Of a stretch of 64,000 nucleotides of DNA, positions 34,198 to 46,900 are shown piece after piece. Position numbers and translations under genes: made by a program. Source of the stretch: Macrostomum lignano (lineage: Eukaryota); contig NIVC01001783.1 in NCBI GenBank assembly GCA_002269645.1, positions 124,001-188,000 on the forward strand, written 5' to 3'. How positions within the stretch are numbered: position 1 is the stretch's first letter; each line of letters starts with the position of its first letter. The notes under the pieces were generated by a model, which saw only the letters and a list, made by a program, of their open reading frames with translations, did no database searches and was not told the origin of the DNA.

Positions 34198-37100
34198 TCA
34201 AACAGTCTTAGGCTGGGCATTGTCCCCGCTTCCCTGGTCAGCCGGGCCGCCAGTGGAGCGCATCGGGGTGCTGGCAGGAGTTCTCAGACTGCGCAAGTCG
34301 TCGTCAGCCTCCTGACTGGCCGTCGGCGCCTGCATCCGGCGCATCGGCAGAGACGAGTCCGGCCGGCCCTGCGGCTGCAGAGCAATGTCCGGCACGTCCT
34401 CCATCTGGTCGAGATCCTCCAGCTCGCTGAGTCTGAGGTGAGCGGCTGCTTCATCATCTACAGCGGCAGTCTTGGCTCCGTTCTCCTGCTGCACACCGGA
34501 GGATGTCAGCCGCATGGTGGCGGCCGCAGCCTGTCGACGCGATGACGAATTGCCGATGCTGCCAGGAGGCAGGTTGCTGGTCATAGCGTCGCAGGTGTCA
34601 AAGACCAGGTTCTGGGAGAGTATCAAGGTGGGATTAAGAGGGATATATATTTTTAATGTTTGAGGTTAGCGATAGTCTTAAAGGTGAGCTTGGGAACTTG
34701 GTTTCATTTTTAAGACAAGATTGATGAGAGTCTTAGGGTTTGTTTGATGAGAGATTCTTAGTGTGAGATTGGTAACATTTTTGAGATGAGACTCTTAGGA
34801 TGAGATTGGTGAGACTCTTATGGTAAGATCGGTAAGAATCCTAGGGTGCGATTAGTGAGCCTCTTAAGGAGAGATTTGCGAGATTCTCAGGGTGAGATTG
34901 GTGTGAGATTTTTAGGGTAAGATTGATGAGATTCTTAGGGTGAGATTAGTGAGATTCTTAGGGTGAGATTGGCGAAAATTTTAGGGTGGGATTGATGAGA
35001 TTTTTAAGGTTAAGATGGGTGAGAATCTTAGGGTGAGATTGGTTAGATTCTTAAAGTGAGATTGGTGAGATTTTTAAGGTGAGATTGGTGTAAGATTCTT
35101 ACGGTGATATTGGTGAGTTTCTTAGTGTGAGATTCTTAGGGCAATATTGACGCGAGACACTATTAGAGTTCCCAACCCAAATAAAAAATATGAATGTCAT
35201 AAACACTGCTAACCTTCAAGTCGTCAGTCATGAACTGCTCCCGGCCTGGCGAGCCATCGTTGGTGCCCAAATCGTAGGAAAAGCAGATGAAAATGGCGTC
35301 TATAACGAACTGAAAAAGTTGGAGTACAGAAGGAACGCAAGAAGGAACTAGCGAAGTTAAAAATTGCCGCATAAAAAAGTTATAACACAAAACATTTAAC
35401 AAGACTTGGACTCACCTCGAACACGGACAGAAAGCAGTGAGCCACCAGGAATGCAAAAGTGGCCACCAATACAATTGGTAATGGAAAAAATCTGATGCTT
35501 TTGTCCGACCATTTCAACTGCAATGTGAAATAATTAGTAAATTTATTTCTAATAGACGTTGTTAGGCCAAACCCCCACTCTATGCTCCAAAATGCTCTGG
35601 GGGTCCAAAATCACACAGGCCTCGAAAATCCCCCAGACCTCTAAAACCTCCTAGGCCTCCAAATCTCGCAAGCCTTTGGAGTCCCAAAGGCCTCTAAAAT
35701 CCCCCAGGCCTCCTAATCCCACTGGCCTCTCCAAAATCACTCGCCCTAAAATCCCAAAGGCCTCCAAAATCCCCCAAAGCCTCTAAAATCCCACAGGCCT
35801 CCCAAATCCCACAGGCCTCCGAATCCCACAGGCCTCCAAATCCCATAGGCCTCCCAAATCCCACAGGCTTCCAAAATCCCACAGACCTCCCAAATCCCAC
35901 AGGCCTCCCAAATCCCACAGGCCTCCAAAATCCCACAGGCCTCCCCAATCCCATAGGCTTCCAAAATCCCACAGACCTCCCAAATCCCACAGGCTTCCAA
36001 AATCCCACAGACCTCCCAAATCCCACAGGCTACCAAAATCCCACAGACCTCCTAAATCCCACAGGCTTCCAAAATCCCACAGACCTCCCAAAATCCCACA
36101 GGCTTCCAAAATCCCACAGGCTTCCAAAATCCCACAGGCCTCCCAAATCCCACAGGCTTCCAAAACCCCACAGGCCTCCCAAATCCCACAAGCTTCCAAA
36201 ATCCCACAGGCTTCCAAAACCCCACAGGCCTCCCAAATCCCACAAGCTTCCAAAATCCCACAGGCTTCCAAAATCCCACAGGCCTTCCAAACCCCACAGG
36301 CCTCCAAAACCCAACAGGCCTCCCAAATCCCACAGGCCTCCCAAATCCCACAGGCCTCCAAAACCCCACAGGCCTAAATCCCACAGGCCTCCAAAACCCC
36401 ACAGGCCTAAATCCCACAGGCCTCCAAAACCCCACAGGCCTCCCCAGTCCGCACCATCAGCAGCACAGTGCAGACAATGGTGCAGGCAGCCGACACAGCC
36501 AGTTTAGCTGTCAGCAGTACAAAATCGCCGGCAGAATTAAGCGCGGCCAGGCGCAGCGAGGCGTGCTTGTTGCCAAGCAGATCCGAGGCGGCGCCGGCAG
36601 CCGACCAGAACGGCTCGCCGGTGAGCGCAGCGGCAGCCAAAGCGGATTTGTTTAATCGGCGACATCTGACGCAGCAGGCGTCCGAGCCGCCGCAGGCTTT
36701 CTGATTGCGCAATCGCTTGTGAAACCAGCTCAGCGCCCAGCGGGGCAGGCGGGTGACTGCGATGACAAGCGAGCCAATGGCTACCGTGCCTGCGGATTAA
36801 GGATAAGGGGGGGGTTTACTGGGATGTTGGCTGGGCATTTTTATGACGATTAATCAACTGATTAACTGGTATGAGGATCAGAGGCGATCAGCTGATATGG
36901 GGATCAGAGGCGATCAGCTGATATGGAGATCAGAGGCGATCAGCTGATATGGGGATTAGGGGCGATCAGCTGATATGGGGATCAGAGGCGATCAGCTGAT
37001 ATGGGAATCAGAGGCGATCAGCTGATATGGGAATCAGAGGCGATCAGCTGATATGGGGATCAGAGTCGATCAGCTGATATGGAGATCAGAGGCGATCAGC

Positions 37101-40100
37101 TGATATGGGGATCAGAGTCGATCAGCTGATATGGGGATCAGAGTCGATCAGCTGATATGGGGATCAGAGGCGATCAGCTGATATGGGGATCACGGGATCA
37201 GAGACGATCAGCTGATATGGGGATCAGAGTCGATCAGCTGATATGGGGATCAGAGTCGATCAGCTGATATGGGGATTAGGGGCGATCAGCTGATATGGGG
37301 ATTAGGGGCGATCAGCTGATATGGGGATCAGAGTCGATCAGCTGATATGGGGATTAGAGGCGATCAGCTGATATGGGAATCAGAGGCGATCAGCTGATAT
37401 GGGGATCAGAGTCGATCAGCTGATATGGGGATCAGAGTCGATCAGCTGATATGGGGATCAGAGTCGATCAGCTGATATGGGGATCAGAGGCGATCAGCTG
37501 ATATGGGGATCACGGGATCAGAGTCGATCAGCTGATATGGGGATCAGAGTCGATCAGCTGATATGGGGATTAGGGGCGATCAGCTGATATGGGAATCAGA
37601 GGCGATCAGCTGATATGGGGATCAGAGTCGATCAGCTGATATGGGGATCAGAGGCGATCAGCTGATATGGGGATCACGGGATCAGAGACGATCAGCTGAT
37701 ATGGGGATCAGAGTCGATCAGCTGATATGGGGATTAGGGGCGATCAGCCGATATGGGGATCAGAGGCGATCAGCTGATATGGGGATTAGGGGCGATCAGC
37801 TGATATGGGGATCAGAGGCGATCAGCTGATTTGGGGATCAGAGGCGATCAGCTGATATGGGGATTAGGGGCGATCAGCTCGTGCATTGGAGGCTCAAAAA
37901 GCTCACCCAGCCGACGCCACACCAGATCGGCCAGAGCCCCGGCCACCGGCCATTTGGCGCTGTGCCGTTCGTCCCGATAATACCAGCCGCAGGCGACCCG
38001 GCCGAGCACGTACTGCTGACAGGCCAGAGCAAACTCTCCAATCCACAGCAAACCGGCCACGTGATAAATCCACAGCCAGGACACCCAGGACGGCCGGTCC
38101 ATGGCCAGACAGGGCTCAATAGGCTCCCTGATCAGACTGTTATTCATAGTGATGCTGGGAATCATTCTCGGCTCGCTGCGAGGCAGAGCGGACGTAGAAA
38201 TGTAGGCCAGAGTCCACAGCCAGAGAGCGAACAGGCTGCCTAGCAACAGGCAGGTGACAATTGGCAGGGCGCACAGCTGCGGCACTGACCCAACGCACTT
38301 GGCGGCTTGAACGAATAGAGGGCCAACATAGCGGGCTCTGGAACAGACCACGCACAGGCAGAACAGCAGGACAAGCAGCAGCACTGTGCTCACGATTGAC
38401 AGCACCAGGAATGCGTCTTCGTTTTGAGTCTCCAAGTCTAGTAGGGGGAAATTCCTGCGGTCAGCAATTGTAGGTAGCATTGGGTAGGCAGCAATGTCAA
38501 AATAGTATATTAGCCCAGCAACTGGGGATTTGGGAGGCTGGCCCAGCAACTGGGGATCTGAGAGGCTGGCCTAGCAACTGAGGATCTGGGAGACCGGTGG
38601 CCCAGCAACCGAGGATCTGGGAGGCTGGCCCAGCAACTGGGGATCTGGGAGGCTGGTGGCCCAGCAACCGAGGATCTGGAAGGCTGGCCCAGCATCTGGG
38701 GATCTGGGAGGCTGGCTCAGCAACTGGGGATTTGGGAGGCTGGCCCAGCAACTGAGAATCTGGGAGGCTGGCGCAGCAACCGAGGATCTGGGAGGCTGGC
38801 CCAGCAACTGGGGATCTGGGAGGCTGGCCCAGCAACTGGGGATTTGGGAGGCTGGCCCAGCAACTGGGGATCTGAGAGGCTGGCCTAGCAACTGAGGATC
38901 TGGGAGACCGGTGGCCCAGCAACCGAGGATCTGGGAGGCTGGCCCAGCAACTGGGGATCTGGGAGGCTGGTGGCCCAGCAACCGAGGGTCTGGGACGCTG
39001 GCCCAGCAACTGGGGATCTGGAAGGCTGGCCCAGCAACTGGGGATCTGCGAGGCTGGCCCAGCAACTGGGGATCTGGGAGGCTGGTGGCCCAGCAACCGA
39101 GGATCTGGGAGGCTGGCCCAGCAACTGGGGATCTGGGAGGCTGGTGGCCCAGCAACCGAGGATCTGGGAGGCTGGCCCAGCAACTGGGGATCTGGGAGGC
39201 TGGTGGCCCAGCAACCGAGGATCTGGGAGGCTGGCCCAGCAACTGGAGATCTGGGAGGCTAGTGGCCCAGCAACCGAGGGTCTGGGACGCTGGCCCAGCA
39301 ACTGGGGATCTGGGAGTCTGGCTCTTCAACTGAGGATCGAGGAAGCAGGGTTAGCAGGCTACCCAGCCAAAAGTAACCTTATTAGCTTACACAGCCTCCT
39401 TGGCATCCAGCTGGCTCTTCTGGTCGGCGAACACCCACCAGAGCAGTGCGGTGGCGCTGCTGCACAGGCAGGCGCAGCTGACCAGCATAGCGTGCCCGGC
39501 CAGGCGAGGAAAGATTCGAACCCCGGCCACTAGCGAGCCCGACAGAAGGCCGCTCAGAACGAAAATGTAGATGAGTAGTGACCACACGGAGTACAGGTCC
39601 GATAAGAGCAGGGAGAATATTGGCGTCAGATTGAGGTAGCCATAAATGTTGTTCAGCTTCCATCTGCGGATAGGAATTAGGTAAGATAATAAGATAAGAA
39701 AATATAGATTTGTATTCTGGGCGTTTGGGGAATTCAACTGGCTATGATGGAGATCAGGATTCTGGGCGTTTTGGGATTTTTTCACCTGGCTATGATGGAG
39801 ATCAGGATTCTGGGCGTTTTGGGATTTTTTCAGCTGGCTATGATGGAAATCAGGATTCTGGGCATTTTGGGATTTTTTCAGCTGACTATGATGGAGACCA
39901 GGATTCTGGGCATTTTGGGGATTTCTACAGCTGGCTATGATGAAGATCAGGATTCTGGGCGTTTTAGGATTTTTTCACCTGGCTATGATGGAGATCAGGA
40001 TTCTGGGCGTTTTGGGATTTCTAAACCTGGCTATGATGGAGATCAGGATTCTGGGCGTTTTGGGATTTTTACACCTGGCTTTGATGGAGATCAGAATTCT

Positions 40101-43100
40101 GGGCGTTTTGGGATTTCTACAGCTGGCTATGATGGAGATCAGAATTCTGGGCGTTTTGGGATTTTTTCACCTGGCTATGATGAAGATAAGGATTCTGGGT
40201 GTTTTTGGATTTTTTCACCTGGCTATGATGGAGATCAGAATTCTGGGCGTTTTAGGATTTTTCACCTGGCTATGATGGAGATCAGAATTCTGGGCGTTTT
40301 GGGATTTTTTCACTTGGCTTTGATGGAGATCAGAATTCTGGGCGTTTTGGGATTTCTACAGCTGGCTATGATGGAGATCAGGATTCTGGGCATTTTGGGA
40401 TTTCTACAGCTGGCTATGATGGAGATCAGGATTCTGGGCATTTTGGGATTTCTACAGCTGGCTATGATGGAGATCAGAATTCTGAGCGTTTTAGGATATT
40501 TTCACGTGGCTATGATGGAGATTAAGATTCTGGGCGTTTTGGGATTTCTACAGGGTCAATTAATAATATGAAATACCTTATATTCACTGATTCAACTATG
40601 CTAATTGAATGCTATTTTAATACTAGCTAAATGATTATACACACATAAATAGATATAGCAATAGCAATAACAATAGAGACGCACAGTCAAGGTCAAACTC
40701 CAAGCTTTAAGGAATAAATTTTCCAGGAATCTTCTCTCAAAGCAATTTCTAGGAATCTTCTCCCAAAGCAATTTCCAGTAATCTTCTCCCGAAGCAATTT
40801 CTAGGAATCTTCTCCCGAAGCAATTTCCAGTAATCTTCTCCCGAAGCAATTTCCAGGAATCTTCTCCCGAAGCAATTTCTAGGAATCTTCTCCCGATAGA
40901 TCTTCTCTCTCATCTAGGAATCTTCTCTCACATAAATAGATATAGCAATAGAGACGCACAGTCAAGGTCAAACTCCAAGCTTTAAGGAATAAATTTTCCA
41001 GGAATCTTCACTCAAAGCAATTTCTTGGAATCTTCTCTCAAAGCAATTTCTAGGAATCTTCTCCCAAAGCAATTTCCAGTAATCTTCTCCCGAAGCAATT
41101 TCTAGGAATCTTCTCCCGAAGCAATTTCCAGTAATCTTCTCCCGAAGCAATTTCTAGGAATCTTCTCCCGAAGCAATTTCCAGGAATCTTCTCCCGAAGC
41201 AATTTCTAGGAATCTTCTCCCAAAGCAATTTCCAGTAATCTTCTCCCGAAGCAATTTCTAGGAATCTTCTCCCGAAGCAATTTCTAGGAATCTTCTCCCG
41301 AAGCAATTTCCAGGAATCTTCTCCCGAAGCAATTTCTAGGAATCTTCTCCCGATAGATCTTCTCTCTCATCTAGGAATCTTCTCTCACATAAATAGATAT
41401 AGCAATAGAGACGCACAGTCAAGGTCAAACTCCAAGCTTTAAGGAATAAATTTTCCAGGAATCTTCTCTCAAAGCAATTTCTTGGAATCTTCTCTCAAAG
41501 CAATTTCTTGGAATCTTCTCTCAAAGCAATTTCCAGGAATCTTCTTTCAAAGCTATTTCCAGGAATCTTCTTTCAAAGCAATTTCCAGGAATCCTCTCTC
41601 AAACGCAAGTTGTTACAACAGTCACCTGAGAAAAATTTCGACTTTTACGAGTGTAGCGTCCTCAATAGTGAAATAAAGATTAAAAAATCACCTGTTGACA
41701 GTATCATTCGGCAATATATTAGACCGAATTCCTGCCGTGATGCAGCGGCCATAAACAGGCTCCATACGACTAATTGGCGTGTCGGGACAGGGGCCGGTGA
41801 ACTTGTTCTGATGCGTGGCATTTGCCGATAGCAGAGGAAAATCGTAGCTGCAGTAGTTGATCTTATCGCGTAGAAATACCTGTAATGTGCGGAAAAAGAC
41901 CGTCGCATAGTGTACAGGTGCATTACGTGATCCTAGCAGTGACTTACAAAATCAAAACTAAAGAAATGGGTAAACAGGCGATTCTAGGAAGCATGGAGCG
42001 ATTCCAAGAAGTTATACAGATGTGATTCTAAGAATGATCTAAGGACGATTCTAAGAATGATCTAAGAACGATTCTAAGAATGGTCTAAGGACGATTCTAA
42101 GAATGGTCTAAGGACGATTTTAAGAATGATTTAAGGACGATTCTAAGAATGATCTAAGAACGATTCTAAGAATGATCTAAGAACGATTCTAAGAATGATC
42201 TAAGAACGATTCTAAGAATGATCTAAGGACGATTCTAAGAATGATCTAAGGACGATTCTAAGAATGATCTAAGGACGATTTTAAGAATTATCTAAGGACG
42301 ATTCTAAGAATGATCTAAGGACGATTCTAAGAATGATCTAAGGAAGATTCTAAGAATGATCTAGGAACGTTTTTAAGAATGATCTAGGGACGATTCTAAG
42401 AATAATCTAGAGACGATTCTAGGCATGAACTAAAAGGATTCTCAGAATGCTCTAGGTATTCTTATAAGAATGATCTAATCTAGGGAGTATTTTATGAACG
42501 ATCTAGGTACAATTCTAAGGATTATCTTGAGATGATTTCAAGAATCATCTAGAGACGATTCTAAGAATAACCTAGAGACGATTTTAAAAATGATCTAGAG
42601 ACGATTCTAAGAATGATCTAGATATTATTTTAAGAATTATTTTGGGACGTAGATACAATTTTAGGAATAATCTAGGGACAATTCTAAGAATTTAGGACGA
42701 TTCTAATAGTTATCTAGACACATCGAAGATCTATAGACAGTGAGAGTAAGAATGATCAATGGCCTAAGGCTAGTTAATAGCGACTTAAAATACAATAAAG
42801 TAATAAAGCGCACTAACACGCACCTGTTTCAACTCTTCCAAACTGTCTATGGGCCTATTAGGACACTGGCTGACGCACACGGACAGTGTGTTGGTGGCAA
42901 ACAAGTCGCTGAAATGAAACAGATACGGCTCAGCGCGAGTGTCCCGACCGCTCAGCGGCACCCCTGGCACGCGGATATTCCTATCGCTGCCGCACGTGTT
43001 GCCATAGCAATCGAACGGGCTAAATATTCGTTGCAAATCGCCCATGCTGAAGGCGAAACCGGCGATAACTAGCAGGCCGCATAGGAAGGCGCCAAACACC

Positions 43101-43237
43101 AGGCACCAGGGCCAGTCGGCACAGGCTGTTTGACGCCGGCGCCGCCGATCCAGAGGATTGCGCGACTCGTTCGGGTTGCCGGCCTCGCGATCTAGTTGGG
43201 CCCGTTCGCTGGAGCAGCCGCCGCAGGCGAGGCCCAT
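34198..43237 (-). CDS. SLC44A: Choline transporter-like protein (CTL/SLC44 family, CTL1-like), 789 aa, 8 exons
   Basis: Exons 43237-42824, 41879-41692, 39663-39391, 38454-37907, 36789-36455, 35517-35416, 35309-35214 and 34611-34198 total 2370 nt, all GT-AG and in phase. Family motifs: ACADWPWCLVF, FDCYGNTCG, SVCVSQCP, WIGEFALACQQ, GTVAIGSL, GDFVLL, AHCFLSVFE, IDAIFICF...NDGSP. Confidence 0.92.
34730..35150. repeat. Degenerate ~23-bp repeat (GAGATTCTTAGGGTGAGATTGGT)n, CTL intron 7
   Basis: Recurrent GAGATT/CTTAGGG motifs with many substitutions. Confidence 0.7.
35600..36442. repeat. 17/18-bp minisatellite (AAATCCCACAGGCCTCC)n, CTL intron 5
   Basis: More than 40 copies, beginning about 12 nt from donor 36454. 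Confidence 0.93.
36880..37878. repeat. 26-bp minisatellite (GATCAGCTGATATGGGGATCAGAGGC)n, CTL intron 4
   Basis: About 38 copies, starting about 28 nt from donor 37906. Confidence 0.96.
38510..39320. repeat. 28/31-bp minisatellite (GGCCCAGCAACTGGGGATCTGGGAGGCT)n, CTL intron 3
   Basis: About 28 copies filling most of the intron. Confidence 0.95.
39712..40555. repeat. ~47/48-bp minisatellite (GGCTATGATGGAGATCAGGATTCTGGGCGTTTTGGGATTTTTTCACCT)n, CTL intron 2
   Basis: About 17 copies. Source of ORF 39744-40571. Confidence 0.93.
40641..41600. repeat. 26-bp minisatellite (GAAGCAATTTCTAGGAATCTTCTCCC)n with a thrice-repeated ~90-bp unique block
   Basis: The block CACATAAATAGATATAGC...GTCAAGGTCAAACTCCAAGC occurs at about 40641, 40930 and 41387. 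A 457-bp higher-order duplication is visible (40895 vs 41352). Confidence 0.9.
41990..42720. repeat. 23-bp minisatellite (GACGATTCTAAGAATGATCTAAG)n, CTL intron 1
   Basis: Homogeneous over about 42030-42360 and degenerate towards 42720. Confidence 0.9.
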
Positions 43238-43367
43238 AGTAGCGAATAATAATAACTACCTTTCAAAGCTTTGTTACTCAGCTAGCTGCAAATCTTTGGT
43301 CTGGTGCAACTCCCTGAAATAACAGAATGTGTGACTAAATTGCAAATTCAACAAGGACAAGCGACAA

Positions 43368-43585
43368 GGAGTGTACAGCGGCCCTAACTTTACTTATCGT
43401 TAGGCATGTACACTTCACTGTGCCTTGGCGGGGGGGGTTGGTCCTCAAGGGCGTTAATTGCGTGAGCAGAGCCAAGCCGATATTCTAGTTTAGCCCCAAA
43501 TTAATGAAACTAACTACACTTGGAATCGAGCCTGGGCCACTGCCAGTACATAAGAGTATCACACTAGTTCATTAGGCTGCAGCCC
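43368..43585 (-). mobile_element. tRNA-derived SINE family 2
   Basis: On the minus strand: GGGCTGCAGCC head, GCTCGATTCCAAGTG and a 3' end matching 18321-18500. Confidence 0.65.
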
Positions 43586-43928
43586 TCCAAGTGTTTGTTA
43601 GTGCCAGGGTCTAGAATTAAGGTTATAAGGTTAGGGTTGATAGCCTAGCTAGTGTTTATAATGACTACAGAATAGTTAGTGTTTCTGGTAAAAAAAATGT
43701 AATGAGCAAGCAAATCTAGCATCCTTTAGACTTCTACCTTAGCTACAGACATTACTATGGAAAGTTACATATATAGTTTTTTTACATTCCTTGTCATGCC
43801 ATTTTGTTTACCAATAAGTATTAGAACAACTACAATATGTTATTTGAAAAAATATAAAAAGTAGAGTGTCTATGCTTTGTCTAGGCATAAAATTATCTTC
43901 ATTGAATTGAATATACCAAAATTAAAAT

Positions 43929-46900
43929 TGCTGCGGGCTGGCTTCTGCCCGAGCAGATTGAACTTTAATTTGTAATTGCCATAGACAAGTTTATTTGCCT
44001 GTACTGCGATTAGTTGGCGCAAGTGTCAAAGGGCCTTCGTGACAAAAAATAGAAATGCATAAGTATTCAAGAAGACTCGGATAAGAGCAACGGCTGCAAG
44101 AGCCGAGAGTGCATGGCACACAACTTGCGTAAATATAACGCAATACAAAAGACAGACTTGTAACAGTGGCGTCGCAAGCAGGATGAAGAGCGGTGTGAAA
44201 CAACCGTCGGCTACTGACAAGTCTCCTGCTTCGCCGCTCAAACACGCCAAAATGGTGGTGATGGCGGATGCTGAAGCACAAAGTCAGCCAATAAAAGGCT
44301 CGGATGGACCAGCGCGTGCGGTAGCTGGAGCTATGGAAATCGAGCGCCTGGAGTTAGGAAACAACTACTCCCGGTGGCTGGACAGATTTACAATCGTCGC
44401 GAAGTTCTACAGATGGGACTCGACGGCGAAGGCTCAGATGCTTCTGATGCGTCTCTCGACAGCATTGTACGACACGCTCGCAGATCAAGCTTCTCCGAAG
44501 AAACCAAGTGAGTTGTCTTACTCGGAGATAAAAACAGCTCTGACAAGCATCCTGGTCCCAGCTACGTTTGTTCTGGCGGAAAGATACTCTTTCCAGCTGT
44601 GCTCTCGAAAGTCAGGGGAAACGTTTGTTCTGGCGGAAAGATACTCTTTCCAGCTGTGCTCTCGAAAGTCAGGGGAAAGCGTTCGCACATATGCGGAGCG
44701 AGTCCTCAAGGCTGCGGAGAAGTGCGAATTTATAAACAAGGACGAGCGTCTGAGAGACCAATTTATTTGCGGACTGGCTGACCAAAACGTCATCGGCAAG
44801 CTGCTGGTCAAGGACCATCTGAGGCTCAGCTTCAAGGAGGCAGTTGCTGAGGCTGAAGCACATTCAGCATTAGTCTCAACGGACATCATGAAGAGTGCCC
44901 CGAAATCTGAAAATTCTGGGATAATGAGCATTGGAATGTTAAAATCGTCATCAAAACCGCGGATCAAGGGAGTGAATCGACAACAGTCACAGACTCAAAG
45001 CTCATCAAAATGCTCGCGCTGTGGAACAAGCCACGGAAAAGACGCGTGTCCAGCTTATGGAAAGACATGTCGTAAGTGTGGGAAGCAGAACCATTTTCAG
45101 AAAATGTGCCGCTCAAAGTTTGTTGTCCCGAACCAGAAAAACACAGCTGCAGTTCAGCACCTAGACGAGCACTCGCAGTCAGATCATGTCTTCATGGTTG
45201 GTGCAACTTTGTCTACGGATGCAGTCACAGTGACCCTTGACTTCATATCATCAAGTGATAAGGTATCAATTCCGTGCCAGGTGGATACTGGGGCAGCAGT
45301 TTCAGTTATGTCTGACCGGGTCTAGAAGCAAATCGGCACCCCTGAACTGCAGCCTAGCAGCATCACTTTGACAGGATATACCGACGCGCATCAATTCAAA
45401 ATGTTGGGCCATTTCATCAGCAAAGTGAGTTACCAAGGAAAAGTGCACCGAATACCATTCAAAGTGGTTCGTTCTGATCGATCGTTTGCTCTACTCGGCA
45501 GGGACATTTTGACCATAGAAATAGATTTCAGCAAGGCTGATGGAAGCGAAGCGACTAGAGTATTCAGAGCGAGACTAGAATTGATTCCGGATGCTCAGCC
45601 AAAGTACATCAAGGCACGGTCGATCCCTTTTGCCTATAAAGATCGACTGAAAGATGAGATTGACAAGTTGCTAGCTGAGGGAATCATTGAGCCAGTGACT
45701 TTTTCTCAATGGGCCTCACCAATTGTCATCGTTCCTAAGGCTGATGGTAGGCTGAGACTCTGTGTGGACTACAAGCAAACATTGAATCCACAGCTCATGA
45801 AGGACAGTCATCCAATACCGACCCTGGAAGAAGCTTTCAGTACAGTAGCAGGATGCCGAATGTACACCATCTTGGACTTAAAAGCAGCGTACAACCAGGT
45901 GGAATTGGAGGAGGACTCAAAGCCTCTCACGGTCATGTCTACACCTTTCGGCAACTACCAGTACAACCGTCTGGTGTTTGGGATACGGACTGCTCTGAGT
46001 ATTTTCCAGCGCTACATCAGTCAGGTCATACAGGATGTTGATGGTGCAATTGCCTACGTCGATGACATTTTAATTGGTGGTGAGTCAGAGAAGCAGCTTA
46101 AGGATCGTGAGAGTCAAGTGCGAGAGCGTCTGGAACAACATGGCCTCAAGGTCAACGAAGAGAAATGCCAGATTTGTCAGTCTCGGGTTCGCTTTCTCGG
46201 GTTTATCCTGGACAATGGCATGATCTTGCCCGACCCGGAGAAAGTGAGAGCCCTGCAAGAAATGGAGACTCCCAAGACGATGGCAGAACTAGAATCGCTC
46301 ATCGGACTCGTCAGGTTCAGTGGCCGGTTTGTGCCCAATCTGTCGCACTACCTGGAGCCGTTGACTCGATTAATGCGCGGCAGAAGAGAATTCCAATGGG
46401 ATTCTGAGCAAGATGAAGCTTTTCAGCGTATCAAGTCCATGCTGATAGAAGATTCAGCTCTGGCTAATTACGACCCCAAGAAACCTGTGGCTCTGGAGTG
46501 TGATGCTTCCCAAAAAGGACTGGGCGGAGTTCTGATTCAAGACAACAGACCGGTTTTGTACATCAGCAAGAGGTTATCAGAAGCCGAGAAGAAGTATTCT
46601 CAGATCGAAAGGGAGGCCCTTGCAATTGTCTGGTCAACTCAGAGGTGTCAGCGGTTCTTAGCGGGATGTCATTTCAAGCTGATCACGGATCACAGACCAT
46701 TAACCTACATCTTTGGGCCGAAGGAGGGCTTGCCTACGCGTGTATCAGCACGCCTTCAAAGATGGGCCATATCGCTAATGGCTTTTGACTACACCATCGA
46801 GTATCAACGGTCGCAGCTTATGAAATCAGACGCTCTGTCCCGGTTGCTTAACAACGAGACGGCTCGGACGTATATAATCGGGAGCATCCAACTACCCTCA

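Noticed and set aside
45323-45325. Programmed gag-pol stop-codon readthrough in Gypsy element 2
   Set aside because: The TAG falls inside the protease, a few codons after DTGA, not at a gag/pol boundary, and a second stop sits in integrase. Simple nonsense mutations explain both.
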